Source: Antedon mediterranea
Taxonomy: Eukaryota; Animalia; Echinodermata
Direction: 5' to 3'
Assembly: GCF_964355755.1 (NCBI RefSeq)
Contig: NC_092678.1
Coordinates: 12,150,352-12,214,351 of the forward strand
DNA length: 64,000 nucleotides
Positions 1 to 12,039 of this stretch are shown piece after piece. Position 1 is the first letter of the stretch; the number at the start of each line of letters is the position of its first letter. Both the position numbers and the translations under genes were made by a program. The notes beneath the pieces are model-generated. The model ran no database searches and had not been told where the DNA came from. It saw only the letters and a list, made by a program, of their open reading frames with translations.

Positions 1-1050
1 AGAAATTAAGTTAAAAATCCTATCAAAGTTCCAGCTTGGAGTCAATTGTTTAAAACCTTAAAAAGATATTTGAAACTAAATTATACACATAGGTCGAGCC
101 AATTCCAATGGTAGGGGGCGGTTAAGTGAGTCTTCTGCACCATCACTTACTTTGATCATGGAGTAGGCCTAATGTAATAAAGCGGCGACTCAGGTCATTT
201 TTGTGAAATTCACGAAAAGCAATTTTGGATTTGAAACGAACAAAATCTCGGTCGCTTTTTTTTTAAATCAAGAAAAATTCACCAATTAATAGGAAATTCA
301 TAACAGCGGTAGAATATAATATGTGAATTTTTTGGCAAGGAGATAATCAAGATATAATCCTAAATTTTTTAGAATTTGGCTGAAATATATATATTCTCCT
401 TAACACTTTGAACTGCCACCGCCAGCGTTTTTAGCCCAATTCGATGTTTTTATTAAAGCTGATTGCAGGGCCGTAGCCAGGATCTGTCAAGGGGGGGTTC
501 GGACACTAAATATTTGGGTCAACCCCCCCCCCCCCCTTCCCCCAGCCTGATGCGAAGCGAATTTTGTTAAATGACACCCCTAGATGGCCGGAAAAGACAC
601 TATCGTGCAGCATGCTATATAACCAATGAGCAAAAAGATCGTACTTTTTTCCTCCTCCTCCTCCTCCTCAAACACGTCGATAATTTAAATGACGATAACT
701 ATTTGTTGCCGTATGTTAGATGCGCGTGCTCTGTGCGGAACCGCCGATTGTTTGATCATTTACTCCGTATTTTGTTTTGCGTTCAAGTTCAATGCGAACG
801 TATATCTAGGAGCAGCCCCGAAAAAAGCACACTGGGTGAAGGCAAATGCTATTTGCTAGCTCTATCTATATTATTTATTTACAGCAATTTGTTGAGGAAT
901 ATAAATATGTAAATAGGTGATATTGATACATTTTAGTACGTATCGGCTGGTGGTCTAGAAAAAAATAATCGGATGCCATAATGTGAACTACAGTACTTGA
1001 TACCATAGATATTATAGTGTAAAATATTAATATTCACTATAATCCTCTAT

Positions 1051-2102
1051 GACCCCATTTACACTTCAGCTTTTAGCGAGCCCGAGGCCGGCTCGGAGCC
1101 AAAAGTGCACAAGTGTAAACACTCTGGGAACAACCGAGCCGGCCTCGAGCCGGCTCAATTTTGAGCCTAGTCTAGAGTAGGCTTCGGGCCGGCAATTGCG
1201 GGCTTCGGGCCGGCACTTCGTATAGTGTAAACACTCGCGGTCATAAAATGAACGTTCTGGGTCAACTAGGCCTATAGCTTTAAGTTTACGAAACTTATTG
1301 CTGATGAATCGGAAATTCTTCATTGAAATTAAATTGGTGAAGATGTATACGCCTTTTTCACGAAACGAAGACATCTTCGATCTATGACAAACAATGCCGT
1401 GCAACGAAGCGTAACCAACAGAAATAACATAGTGTTTTCAGGGGATTTCAGGACACCATGCGGCGCCTATGCTTATAAACTATGGTGTTTTTTTTCGATG
1501 GACTTATTATTATTATTATAAAATTATAATTTTTTTTAATCACAAAGTTCTATAGGCTAATCTTTAAAGAACATTTTACAGTAAAAATTTTGTCCATACG
1601 ACTGTCCGTTGAGGAGTTACGAATTTTTAAGTAACTTGTCCTCCGAAAATAGGCTGAAAACGCTATGTTATTTCTGTTGGTTACGCTTCGTTGAACGGCA
1701 TTGTTTGTGTTGTCATCGATCGAAGATGTCTTCCGTTTCGTGAAAAAGGCGTAGGATCTACTACTATTCTTTAGAAAACGAGACGCAAACATTAGTAGTA
1801 AAAGCAATAATACAATTGTTTTGATCAATATTAAATACCGTTATTTGATTCTTTTTTGATAAAGTTGATAGGCCTAGGCCTAGTGTAGATCGACAACGCT
1901 TATAATATTAACTTTTTAAGACGTGAATGTAGCGAAATCGTATCATCGAGCACTCTTCCGCGAGAGCAAGTGTAAACGCAAAAGTAAGGGCCCGAGGCCG
2001 GCTTTTTGGGTAAGTGTAAACACATTGCGGGCTAAAAAGAAAGCCGGCGTCGGGCCGACTTCGGGCCGGCTAAGAAATCGTCGATGAAGTGTAAATGGGG
2101 TC
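1051..2102. mobile_element. MITE nested in the 466-2589 element
   Basis: TIR GACCCCATTTACACTTCA / TGAAGTGTAAATGGGGTC; TAT on both flanks; subterminal GCCCGAGGCCGG/AAGTGTAAAC repeats. Confidence 0.75.
1350..1751. mobile_element. MITE with ~90-bp TIRs and TA TSD, nested in the 1051-2102 element
   Basis: CGCCTTTTTCACGAAACG...GTTTTCAG is inverted at 1653-1751; TA on both flanks. Confidence 0.75.
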
Positions 2103-3858
2103 TATGATACATTATACTTCATAGTCACACATAAATACTGATGTACGTCGGAAGGCTATATACTTTATGCATGCTGCCTGACTGCCAGTGATCTAAACAA
2201 TTATAGGTACGCAGTTGTCTGGCGGTGTCCTTTGTACGAATCGTTCGTGCGCCAGCTCGCTATGAGACGCGTCAATATCATGTTACTTGCAGGGACCAAA
2301 CATTTATTTTTCAGGTTAAAATCGGCAATTCATTTGCAGCTTTTAGAAATTTACAGACACGTATTACTAGTTGACGCTCATACAGAGAAGAAGGTTCACG
2401 AACAAGTTTACGAATTTTTCAATTTACAAACAACTTTTTGTACTGTGGGGCACGTATTTGGAGGATTTTTGGAGATGAGGGTGAGGTATTGGGCATGTCG
2501 GGGATGGGGGTTCGCAGTTGGTTAAGGGGGGTTCGCTGTAAAGGGGGGGTTCGCCCGAACCATAAAAACCCCCCCTGGCTACGGGCCTGGATTGAAACCA
2601 TGTATGTGATCTGATTTATATGTAATTTAGACTAAAATAATCATAAAGATTTTAGCTTTACAATGGTACCAAGAACGATTTTTAAAGCGCAATATGTAAA
2701 TCGTAATAGTAAAATGAAAGTAACACACTTTTTGAGTTTTTCGTAGTTTCGCGCAAGAAAGTCGAGATATTCGCGATTTTGTGCAAGACATCATAGACTA
2801 GTCCAGATAGTCATATTTCCACTTTAATAAGATGCTGTAGGCATTTCGTGTTAAAAGCGAATAAACATGTGTTTTAGGGTAATTTTGGGGTGCTGAATTC
2901 AAATTTGCTGTTTACCCAGCTCAATTTTTAAATCTTCACCCTTAAAATGTGAAAAACAAAATGGCCGCCATTTTAAACGTATTTTGGCTTATAACTTGAC
3001 TTTTAATTAACGTAGCAAGTTAAAATTAGTTTCTATACCTATGTTTGTGATACTGAGGATTCCAAATATATTGTTATTAAAGTTGTAAATATTCTATTTC
3101 AACCTCCATGTTGGAATTCAAGATGGTCGCCATTTAAAACGTATTTTGGCTTAGAACTTAACATATAAGTAACATAGTAGGTAAGAAATGATGTCTATAC
3201 AGTACCTATATTTGTTATACTGAGGATTTCAAATATATTGTTATTACAGTTGTAAATATTCTATTTCAGTCACCATGTTGGAATTCAAGATGGTCGCCAT
3301 TTAAAACGTATTTTGGCTTATAACTTGACATATAAGTAACATAGTAGGTTAGAAATGATGTCTATACAGTACCTATGTTTGTGATACTGAGGATTCCAAA
3401 TATATTGTTATTAAAGTTGTAAACAGCCACCATGTTGAAATCAAAGATGGCGCCTATTTTAAACAAACACACACCCACAGGGTAGTAACAAAGTGCGATG
3501 CAAACAAACAAATGAAAATAAAAAACTCACAAAGGGATTGTTCTTTATGTGTAAAATATTTTAAAACGAGATAGATGATAATGATGATCATTGTCAAGTG
3601 TTTAGAAAAATTAATGAAAAAAGGAGGTAATACGGAATTCATAAATGTAAAAATGTTACTGATGACATTTGGAATTAACAAAAATGTGTTAAATAATATG
3701 ATTTAATGACATGAGATAATAGGAATGTGAATAAAAGAGAAAAAAAAATATATATACAGTATATAGACATCACAGAATAAATTCTAATCCGCCCGATATA
3801 ATGAAATTTAATTAATTAGAAAGAATAAAAATGACGAAACCTGTGAGAATGAGAAAAA

Positions 3859-3929
3859 GCCCTCTCCGAGATTCAAACCCGGAACCTTCTGCTTGATATG
3901 CAGATCTCCTAACCATTGGACCACTGGGG
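3859..3929 (-). mobile_element. tRNA-derived SINE head or tRNA pseudogene
   Basis: minus strand CCCCAGTGGTCCAATGGTTAGG...CCGGGTTTGAATCTCGG has A-box and B-box-like motifs; acceptor stem poor; a decayed relative lies at ~43694-43750. Confidence 0.5.
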
Positions 3930-5415
3930 TTTTCATTGTATTGTTCCAATTCGATTGTGCGAGGCAGCGAGGCACACCAAATATAAGTGTGAGGCATGCG
4001 AGGCATATAGTTTACAATTTCAAAAAGGTGCGAGGCATATAGTTTACAATTTCAAAAAGGTGCGAGGCATTTCTTAACGGGCTATTATGCTATATTATAG
4101 GCCTAATAATCAATTATTTATATTTTTAAAATAGGCCTAGCGTATCGAAATAGATTCGTGTATACACTCATCGTGCTATGTTGTATATTTTTATTTAACG
4201 ATTGTTTTTTTCAAATTGTTTGTTCATAATGATAATGAAAGAGTTGGTCAAAAAGACTTCACAGAATTAATTCAATACAACAACAACGTATTTATATCAA
4301 AACATTTCTCGGAATAGAAATAGATTGTAAAATTGGTAAAAAAACAAACATGTTAAATGTATACAAACAACAACTGATAAAGACATCAGTATAATAATAA
4401 TATATAAATTGAGAAAACTGCTAAAAAGTAGTGTATAATTTATTTTATTTATGCATTGATATTACCATATATTAATGATTGTTGTGAAATTTGGGGTAAC
4501 ACTTATAAAAGTACAGTACAAAATGTTTACAAAAAAAAGGTACTGTAATTTATAAAATTATCAATAGTGTAAGATGATAGCATTAGCCATAGTAGTAAAT
4601 GATACTGGATATCAGAGGAAGTAGAGGTTTCGTTTTGAGGTTTTTTCATCTACAGTATTATATATAATGCCTTCAATTCAGAATAAGGAAATAGAATTAA
4701 CTAGCTTCACGGCCAAAATGATAATAGAGGACTAAAACAAAGTGGAATGCGTCAATTTCTCATGCATTTATTGGTGAAAAACACGTTTAATCTCAATATA
4801 TTTTTGTTAATTTGTCAATAAAAATGCTGTAATATGTTACTGCTGATACTGTTCTGTTTTCAAAGAATAATAATCGATCCTAAATTTTGGGAAACGATAA
4901 AATGATGCCTCGCATTTTTTGATGATGGTAAAACGATGCCTCGCATACATTTCTGACTTGCCTTGCTTTTGCGCATATCCTAGGCCTGTTGTGCATGTAA
5001 TTCTCTGTGCCCTGGGGACCTGTGAACACCTGCACATAGCCGGCCTAGCCCATTAAACAATTATTACGCAATAAACATTAAGCTATATATGCTTTGCAAT
5101 TAGTGGTAATATGTAGGCCTACACACATAAATATAAGTTTAATTTATAGTATAATAATTAGATATCAAATTAATAGTTTTCATACAATAATATCGTGGAT
5201 TTATATAGCGCCTAATGTTGTGAAACATTATTACCCCAGTCTATTGGATCAAACGTGTATGGAAACATCCAAAATTGAAATGACACATGAAATAAATAAT
5301 GTCATATTGCAGTTCTTGGTATAACAAGTGAGCATCTTCATCTGCAATCAAAGTTGCTATTTCATTGCCAGAATTTTACCTGTTTGGTGACCAAGTCAAC
5401 AACTTTTTTGGCTTC

Positions 5416-6592
5416 TATATATAAATTTACGTAAGGGCAAAATTCGATAAATCTCGGTTAATTTATAGAATTTTTACTCGATGGTATATAAAGTTGGTTC
5501 ATACTTTCGGTACTGATTTTAACCATCTGACATAACCCTGTTTATTAATTAAATTGAGTTAGGTAATTAGTTATTGACGATTAAAACGAATTTAGGTTCA
5601 ACGATTTGCCCCAAATAGGGGTGTTTTCCGATATATACACTGTCTAATGGATGTCCATCTTGAAAAATACCCGCCACAAAAATGCGAGGAGGCTTCGCAT
5701 TTTCCTATCTCCTCCTACGATAATTGTTTTTAATAGCTGAAAACTGATTGAACAGCTAGAGTACAGCATCATAAATGTTGAAGACAGGCCGATTTTCTTT
5801 AAAAAATACTATTTTGATAGATTTAATATACGATTATACAAATGTATTGATTTGCGATGAATGGAACATCCCAGAGTTTGGTTTAACACAAGTAGGTAAA
5901 TTTATGAGCCCTTGGTTTAACACATACGGTAGGTAAATATATGGGCCCTTTGAGAATAAACTTGCAATACTTTGACAATACTGTAAATACCTATTAACTA
6001 TTTTTGGTCGTCATTTGAATCGAACATTTCTTACTGTGAATGTTCATACTGTTAGATGTAATATAAAAATATATACAAATAAACTTTATTACTGAGATTG
6101 TGGTTAGGCTCTACTGATATATAAACACATTATTATATACAAATAAACTTTATACTGACAGTTCCTTCTCAACGTTTGTATTAATTAATAATTACCAATA
6201 ATATAAACGTCGTAGTGGTGTATCGTGACATGTACTTTGATATTTCAATCGATTATGACAGTGACAGTTTTAACAAAGTATTAAATCGCAAATGTTTTAC
6301 TTTATTTAGAGGTATATTATTTATAGGCCTATAAAACATGAAAAAAATATTTCGTTACTGAGTGGATAAAGAATATATTTAAAAATTGTTCCTCTTTGTA
6401 CCTATCCGCTTTCCCATCCCTCAACCCTAATGTTACATACAAAACACAAATTGGGTTTCTTTAAATGAGTCCAAATCAAAAATTTGGACTCATTTTGTGA
6501 TAAGTTTCTCCTTCGGAAGTAATTCCCAGGGTGCTAATTTTAGTTGACTACATAAATCATCGTGTCTATTTTTTCGTTTCTGTAAACGACAA
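5416..6592 (+). repeat. ~1.1-kb dispersed repeat, copy 1
   Basis: colinear with 13334-14406 (e.g. AAAGTTGGTTC..ACTTTCGGTACTGAT ... CTGTAAACGACAA). Confidence 0.85.
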
Positions 6593-8788
6593 TGTATTAT
6601 AGTCCTGCGGTACGTACATTTGAAATCGCCAGTTTTGTTACGCAGAAATTACTGTGTATTCGAGAACCATCTGTGGGCACGACCTAGATGGTACGCGAGC
6701 GAAAATATTCTATTTCAGCCGCCATGTTGAAATCCAAGATGGCCGCCATTTTAAACGTATTTTGGCTTATAACTTGACTTTTAATTATCATAGCAAGTTA
6801 AAAATAGTTTCTATACCTATGTTTGTGATACTGAGGATTCCAAATATATTGTTATTAAAGTTGTAAATATTCTATTTCAGCCTCCATGTTGGAATTCAAG
6901 ATGGTCGCCATTTAAAACGTATTTTGGCTTATAACTTGACAAGTAACATAGTAGGTTAGAAATGATGTCTATACAGTACCTATGTTTGTGATACTGAGGA
7001 TTCCAAATATATTGTTATTAAAGTTGTAAATATTCTATTTCAGCCGCCATGTTGAAATCCAAGATGGCCGCCATCATTTTAAACGTATTTTGGCTTATAA
7101 CTTGACTTTTAATTAACATAGCAAGTTAAAAATGGTTTCTACCTATAGTCCAGTAAAAGTATGGTTGAACCAAGATTCATCGAGCATAAAGTACATTATA
7201 TTGTGCCAACAAGGATGAAGAACCATCAGTTAAAGATACTGCATATCAACGGTATTCAAAGTGTTTGGGTAATTTTCTAACTTGCCATCACTACCGGTGA
7301 CCGGTAAACAAGCTTTGTTCTTATGTCATCCACACCAGCATTTGTTATAAATCTTTATGAATTTGAAATAATTTGAAATGGTGAATAAATTGATAATTGG
7401 TACTTAATTACAGTATTTAAATTTCTACAACAAGCAGTATTTAACTTCCTTGGCAAAAAATTTCAGGAAATGGAATCGAAACTTTGAATGCAGATGGAGC
7501 ATTAAATCTATTAGGGGCCTACTATTACTTTGCCATCATTAATAAAATATTTTAAGACAGAAGAAGCAATATAGTGGAAAAATCTGTAGTTAAAGAAACC
7601 ACTGGGGAGCAAATGGCAACATCTTCAATGGCATTTCGAATGAGAAACGATCTGTACTTGCAAAGAAACAAAGATATGAATTATGAATGAATTCGAAACA
7701 TGCATCTTTTGTTCAGTCCAAAATTAACAAGACATCTGATTAATAATAATTAATAGTAATTCACTTACAGTAGGTGGTCTATAAGTAAAACCAACCGTTA
7801 TAAGGAGATAATATACAGGGCTTCAAAATGGTAAATGGCGGCCATTTTTAATTTATGCTAATGAACCCACTTCACGATGTCCAATTTTGGTAAACTTTGG
7901 ATATGATGTTAATTTGGACCATATCCACCAGACAAAACAAAAACAAATTATGTTGCAATTTGTTCTAGGTTCAACCATACTTTTACTGGACTATAGGTAG
8001 AAACCATTTTTAACTTGCTATGTTAATTAAAAGTCAAGTTATAAGCCAAAATACGTTTAAAATGATGGCGGCCATCTTGGATTTCAACATGGCGGCTGAA
8101 ATAGAATATTTACAACTTTAATAACAATATATTTGGAATCCTCAGTATCACAAACATAGGTACTGTATAGACATCATTTCTAACCTACTATGTTACTTGT
8201 CAAGTTATAAGCAAAAATACGTTTTAAATGGCGACCATCTTGAAATCCAACATGGAGGCTGAAATAGAATATTTACAACTTTAATAACAATATATTTGGA
8301 ATCCTCAGTATCACAAACATAGGTATAGAAACTATTTTTAACTTGCTATGATAATTAAAAGTCAAGTTATAAGCTAAAATACGTTTAAAATGGCGGCCAT
8401 CTTGGATTTCAACATGGCGGCTGAAATAGAATATTTTCAACTTTAATAACAATATAGTTGGAATCTTCACTATCACAAACATAGGTATAGACACCATTTT
8501 TAACTTGCTACGTCACTTAAAAGTCAATTTATAAGCCAAAATAAGTCTGAAATGGCGGCCATTTTGTTTTTCACATTTTAAGGGTGAAGATCTAAAAATT
8601 GAGCCGGGTAAACAGCAAATTTGAATTCAGCACCCCAAAATTACCCTAAAACACATGTTTATTCGCTTTTAACACGAAATGCCTACAGCATTTCATTTTT
8701 CTCAAATCTGGACTAGTCTATCACAATATAAAAATATCGCCCGGTGAGATCAACAAACAACAAAAAAGTTACTTACACGGCACCGATA

Positions 8789-9733
8789 GACGTTCCAACC
8801 CTCCCGATTTATCCGGGAGTCTCCCGAATGTTAACATCACCTCCCGGTCTCCCGAATTTTAAATATATCTCCCGATTTCACACATTTCTATAAAATTCAG
8901 TATTATTGCATTAAATTAAAATCCATCTTCCCACGAAAGTTAATATTGCAAATTAATTTAATCTCACACGTCGTATGTACCACCCCGTATGATACAACGA
9001 ACATGTAATGTATGTAAAGATTGTATAGCATAGTACAGCCATGGATGGTACAGAGTACTGTAAGGCGACGTCCTTTGTGTTTACCGACAGTACGCGATTC
9101 TTACCTTTAGCGATGAAGCTACAGTATCGCTTTATCAGTAGAGTAGGCGCACGTGTACTGAAACTTTTTCCTGGGTACAAGTTTGACCTAATTCCCATGC
9201 CCAGGAGGGAAGGCATCATCGTCAGTGTAGTAGTAGTAGTAGTACTATGCGACGTCCTTTGTGTTTACCGACAGTACGCGATGAATCTACAGTATCAGTA
9301 GTAGGCGCGCGTGTACTGAAATTGCTAGTTACAAAGTTCTTTGACCCAATTCCAATGCCCAGGCATCGATCGTACCATCGTACAGTGTATTCTCACTGCG
9401 CATGTACCGGAAAAGTACTTGTAGTACTGTATTTTGCGTACATACTTTCGCGAATTGCAATCACTCGTGACATTTTCTGGTTTTACAGTATGTCGGAAAA
9501 ACGTAGTAGCGTAGTTTTAGAGACTAAAGAAAGTTGTAAAAAGAAAAATTATAAAAGTAGATTTTCTAATGAATGGAAAAATACGTTTCCGTTTGTTAGT
9601 GCAAGTAATCAACACGTTACCGAGAGTGAATACAAGTTTTATTATTGAACGTTGGTGGCGACAGACATCACAGTGTTAACGTTGGTGGCGGTATACCCTC
9701 CCGATTTTTAATTCATTTAGGTTGGAACGTCTG
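8789..9733 (+). mobile_element. internally deleted hAT-like DNA transposon
   Basis: TIR GACGTTCCAACC / GGTTGGAACGTC(TG); CGATA on both flanks; CTCCCG subterminal repeats; internal ORF piece YKSRFSNEWKNTFPFV resembles a hAT transposase N-terminal zinc-finger region. Confidence 0.6.
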
Positions 9734-11002
9734 CGATAGGCCTATAAAAACAAGTTATCACTATCGAAAAATGTATTACATTTTATAAATCATAAATCTT
9801 ACATCAATGTTTCGCCAAAATCCACATAGTAAAGACACCAGGCCTAGTTAACCAGGCCTAAAGTTGGTCCGGAACCGTTTTACGACTAGGCCTAGGCTAT
9901 GCTAGCCTTGTACTACTAGCCTAGATAGTAAACTGATGATAATATCCATACCATTTCAAAACAAGTTTGTTGCGTGAAACTCGGTCACTTTCAGTAAAAC
10001 ACCAAAACAATTAGGGTATTATAATAAAATTAAAGACTTCGTATTGAAAATGACTCCATTATTTTTTATTCAGATAACAAACAAACATGTCAATCCACAA
10101 AAACCTTTGTAATGCTTCGGCGGCATAGCTAGCGCGCAACCGATACACAATGCGCCAAGCCATCGCTCTACGCGCTACTGTGATGCGCGGTGTTTGTTAT
10201 TTCGACAGGTACCATTTTGACAGTCGTTCCTAACCAGATTAGTTACTTTCAAATTGTAAAATATTTACGGTCCAGACCGAATATAGTGTTCATATTTATA
10301 GTATATACCAATAATTAACCTATCTACCGGATTTCGTAAAAAAACGCGAAAAACGAAGATCTTCGTGTTTGGCAGTCAAGCGTTGTGTTTCCAAAAACGA
10401 AGATCTTCGTGTTTGGCAGTCAAAGTGTTAAGGTCGTATTTTTTCGGAAACGACATATAACAAAAAAAGTTTCTTTTATACATAAAAATTCATACAGGAA
10501 TTAAACACACCTGTATCATCATTTAATTAGGAGACTATAATAAAATCTGCCAAATTTCTGAGTTTGTAGTTCCAACTCTCCTAATTGGGCCAGTATTGAC
10601 ACTGCAAAAGTTAAGGGGAAAGTATTTTTCCCCTTTAAGGGGAAAGTATTTTTCCCCTTAAGTACAATTTCCCCATAGAGCCATGTGTTTTTTTTTGACA
10701 ATGACAACATCAACAACAACAATTTATAAGCGGTATCAACAAATATTCTTGTCATGATAACATATAAATAAGCCTCTAAAACCACGATGGGCATAAGTGG
10801 CTGAGGTGAGAACATTTTTAGGACTGACTGATCAATGTGCCCGAAAATTACGTAAAATTCGTCCGGTTGGGATAATAAATAAATCTACTCACCTCAGCCA
10901 TACGGGAATTTTTTAAAAACAAGGTAATAAAGAAATAGGTCTATATGTTGATTAAAGTTTGCGGTACACCACGTATATTAGTTCTGAAAAAGAACTGTTG
11001 AG

Positions 11003-11050
11003 TTTCGTGACGTTTCGATCAAAATGCTTTGATCGTCCTCAGGAGTGAAA
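11003..11050 (-). ncRNA. minimal type-I hammerhead ribozyme-like motif (Penelope/retrozyme type), probably degenerate
   Basis: minus strand CTGAGGA-C-GATCAAAG-CA-TTTTGATC-GAAAC-GTC gives core boxes, stem II and a palindromic ACGT stem III; stem I is weak. Confidence 0.5.
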
Positions 11051-11101
11051 ATGCAGAAAGTTCAGGAAACTGAGAATAACATTGGAGTCTCTGCATGTCT
11101 A

Positions 11102-11297
11102 AAGGGTCTTTCACACCTGTTCCGGTACGGTTCCGGCCCGGCGCCGGAAAATTCAATTGAACGTCAATGTTTCGTTTTCACGCGGCTACGCGCATATCGA
11201 TTGGCGCATATCCGCGTGATGGAGCGTCGTGAAAACGAAACATTGATGTTCGATTCGCCGGACCGGAACCGTGCCGGAACAGGTGTGAAAGACCCTT
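11102..11297. mobile_element. palindromic MITE
   Basis: near-perfect ~196-bp hairpin AAGGGTCTTTCACACCTGTTCCGG...CCGGAACAGGTGTGAAAGACCCTT; TA/TWA flanks. Confidence 0.85.
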
Positions 11298-12039
11298 TAA
11301 GAAAGGTCAGGTTGTACATTAGTTCTGAAAAGAACTGTTGAGTTCTATACTTAATAAAACAGTATATAGTTAAAAACACCTTCGTAATTTTAAGTAAATC
11401 AGGGAAGATTCCTTAGATAAGCACAAATTAAGGTTTTTTTAAATAGCTTAAAGATAAATTATAATGTAGAAAAAATATTGCTTTTAAGCGAAATACAATA
11501 ACTAAGTTTAAGAAAAAATGGAAATTACTGGAAGATAATTAAATTACACATAATATTTTAAATTTATAAAATGAAATTTAGTTAATAAAAAAGATTTTAT
11601 TCATTTAAATGTAGAATTTCATAAAAACTGTTAATATTTTCTTTTATTATTTGTGTTTGTTTGTAATAATATGAAAATTTAAAATTTACTGAACAGACAC
11701 CCTACTATCTACTAGAACGAGGGATCCTCTCACTAATACTCTTAGTCTTTATTTTTTTCCAATCATATATACAGTAATACAAACAAATATATTTTGAAAA
11801 GAATATTGGATATTGTATCGGTTATTTCTATTAATTTGTCAATTTGGTATAAAATAAACTCACGGATACAATAATTATCATTTATGTTACATTTATTATC
11901 ATGACTGTCAAAACAAAGTAAACATTTTTGATTAGTCAGTATTTTCTAAACATTTCCTTCAATCACTTTATATTTAGGTACCATATTTTTATACAAATTT
12001 GAAATGAAAAGATGCTGGCTGAGGAATACGTTGGTATAG

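Larger units (their letters stand above)
466..2589. mobile_element. non-autonomous DNA transposon with CAGGG termini and 5-bp TSD (hAT-like)
   Basis: TIR CAGGGCCGTAGCCAGG / CCTGGCTACGGGCCTG; TSD GATTG at 461-465 and 2590-2594; internal sequence ~2210-2450 shared with the element at 47036-48635. Confidence 0.8.
2794..8720. mobile_element. foldback-type element with long TIRs built from ~120-bp tandem units
   Basis: TAGACTAGTCCAGAT / ATCTGGACTAGTCTA termini; TCA on both flanks; ~2830-3450 mirrors ~8000-8690; units contain AAGATGGCCGCCATTTT. Confidence 0.7.
404..10427. mobile_element. piggyBac-like non-autonomous element shell that hosts several nested insertions
   Basis: TTAA at 400-403 and 10428-10431 flanks inverted termini CACTTTGA(A)CTGCCA / TGGCAGTCAAAGTG. 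Confidence 0.65.

Noticed and set aside
3859-3929. Functional tRNA gene
   Set aside because: A/B boxes are present, but there is no proper acceptor stem and it sits inside a transposon; treated as a SINE head or pseudogene
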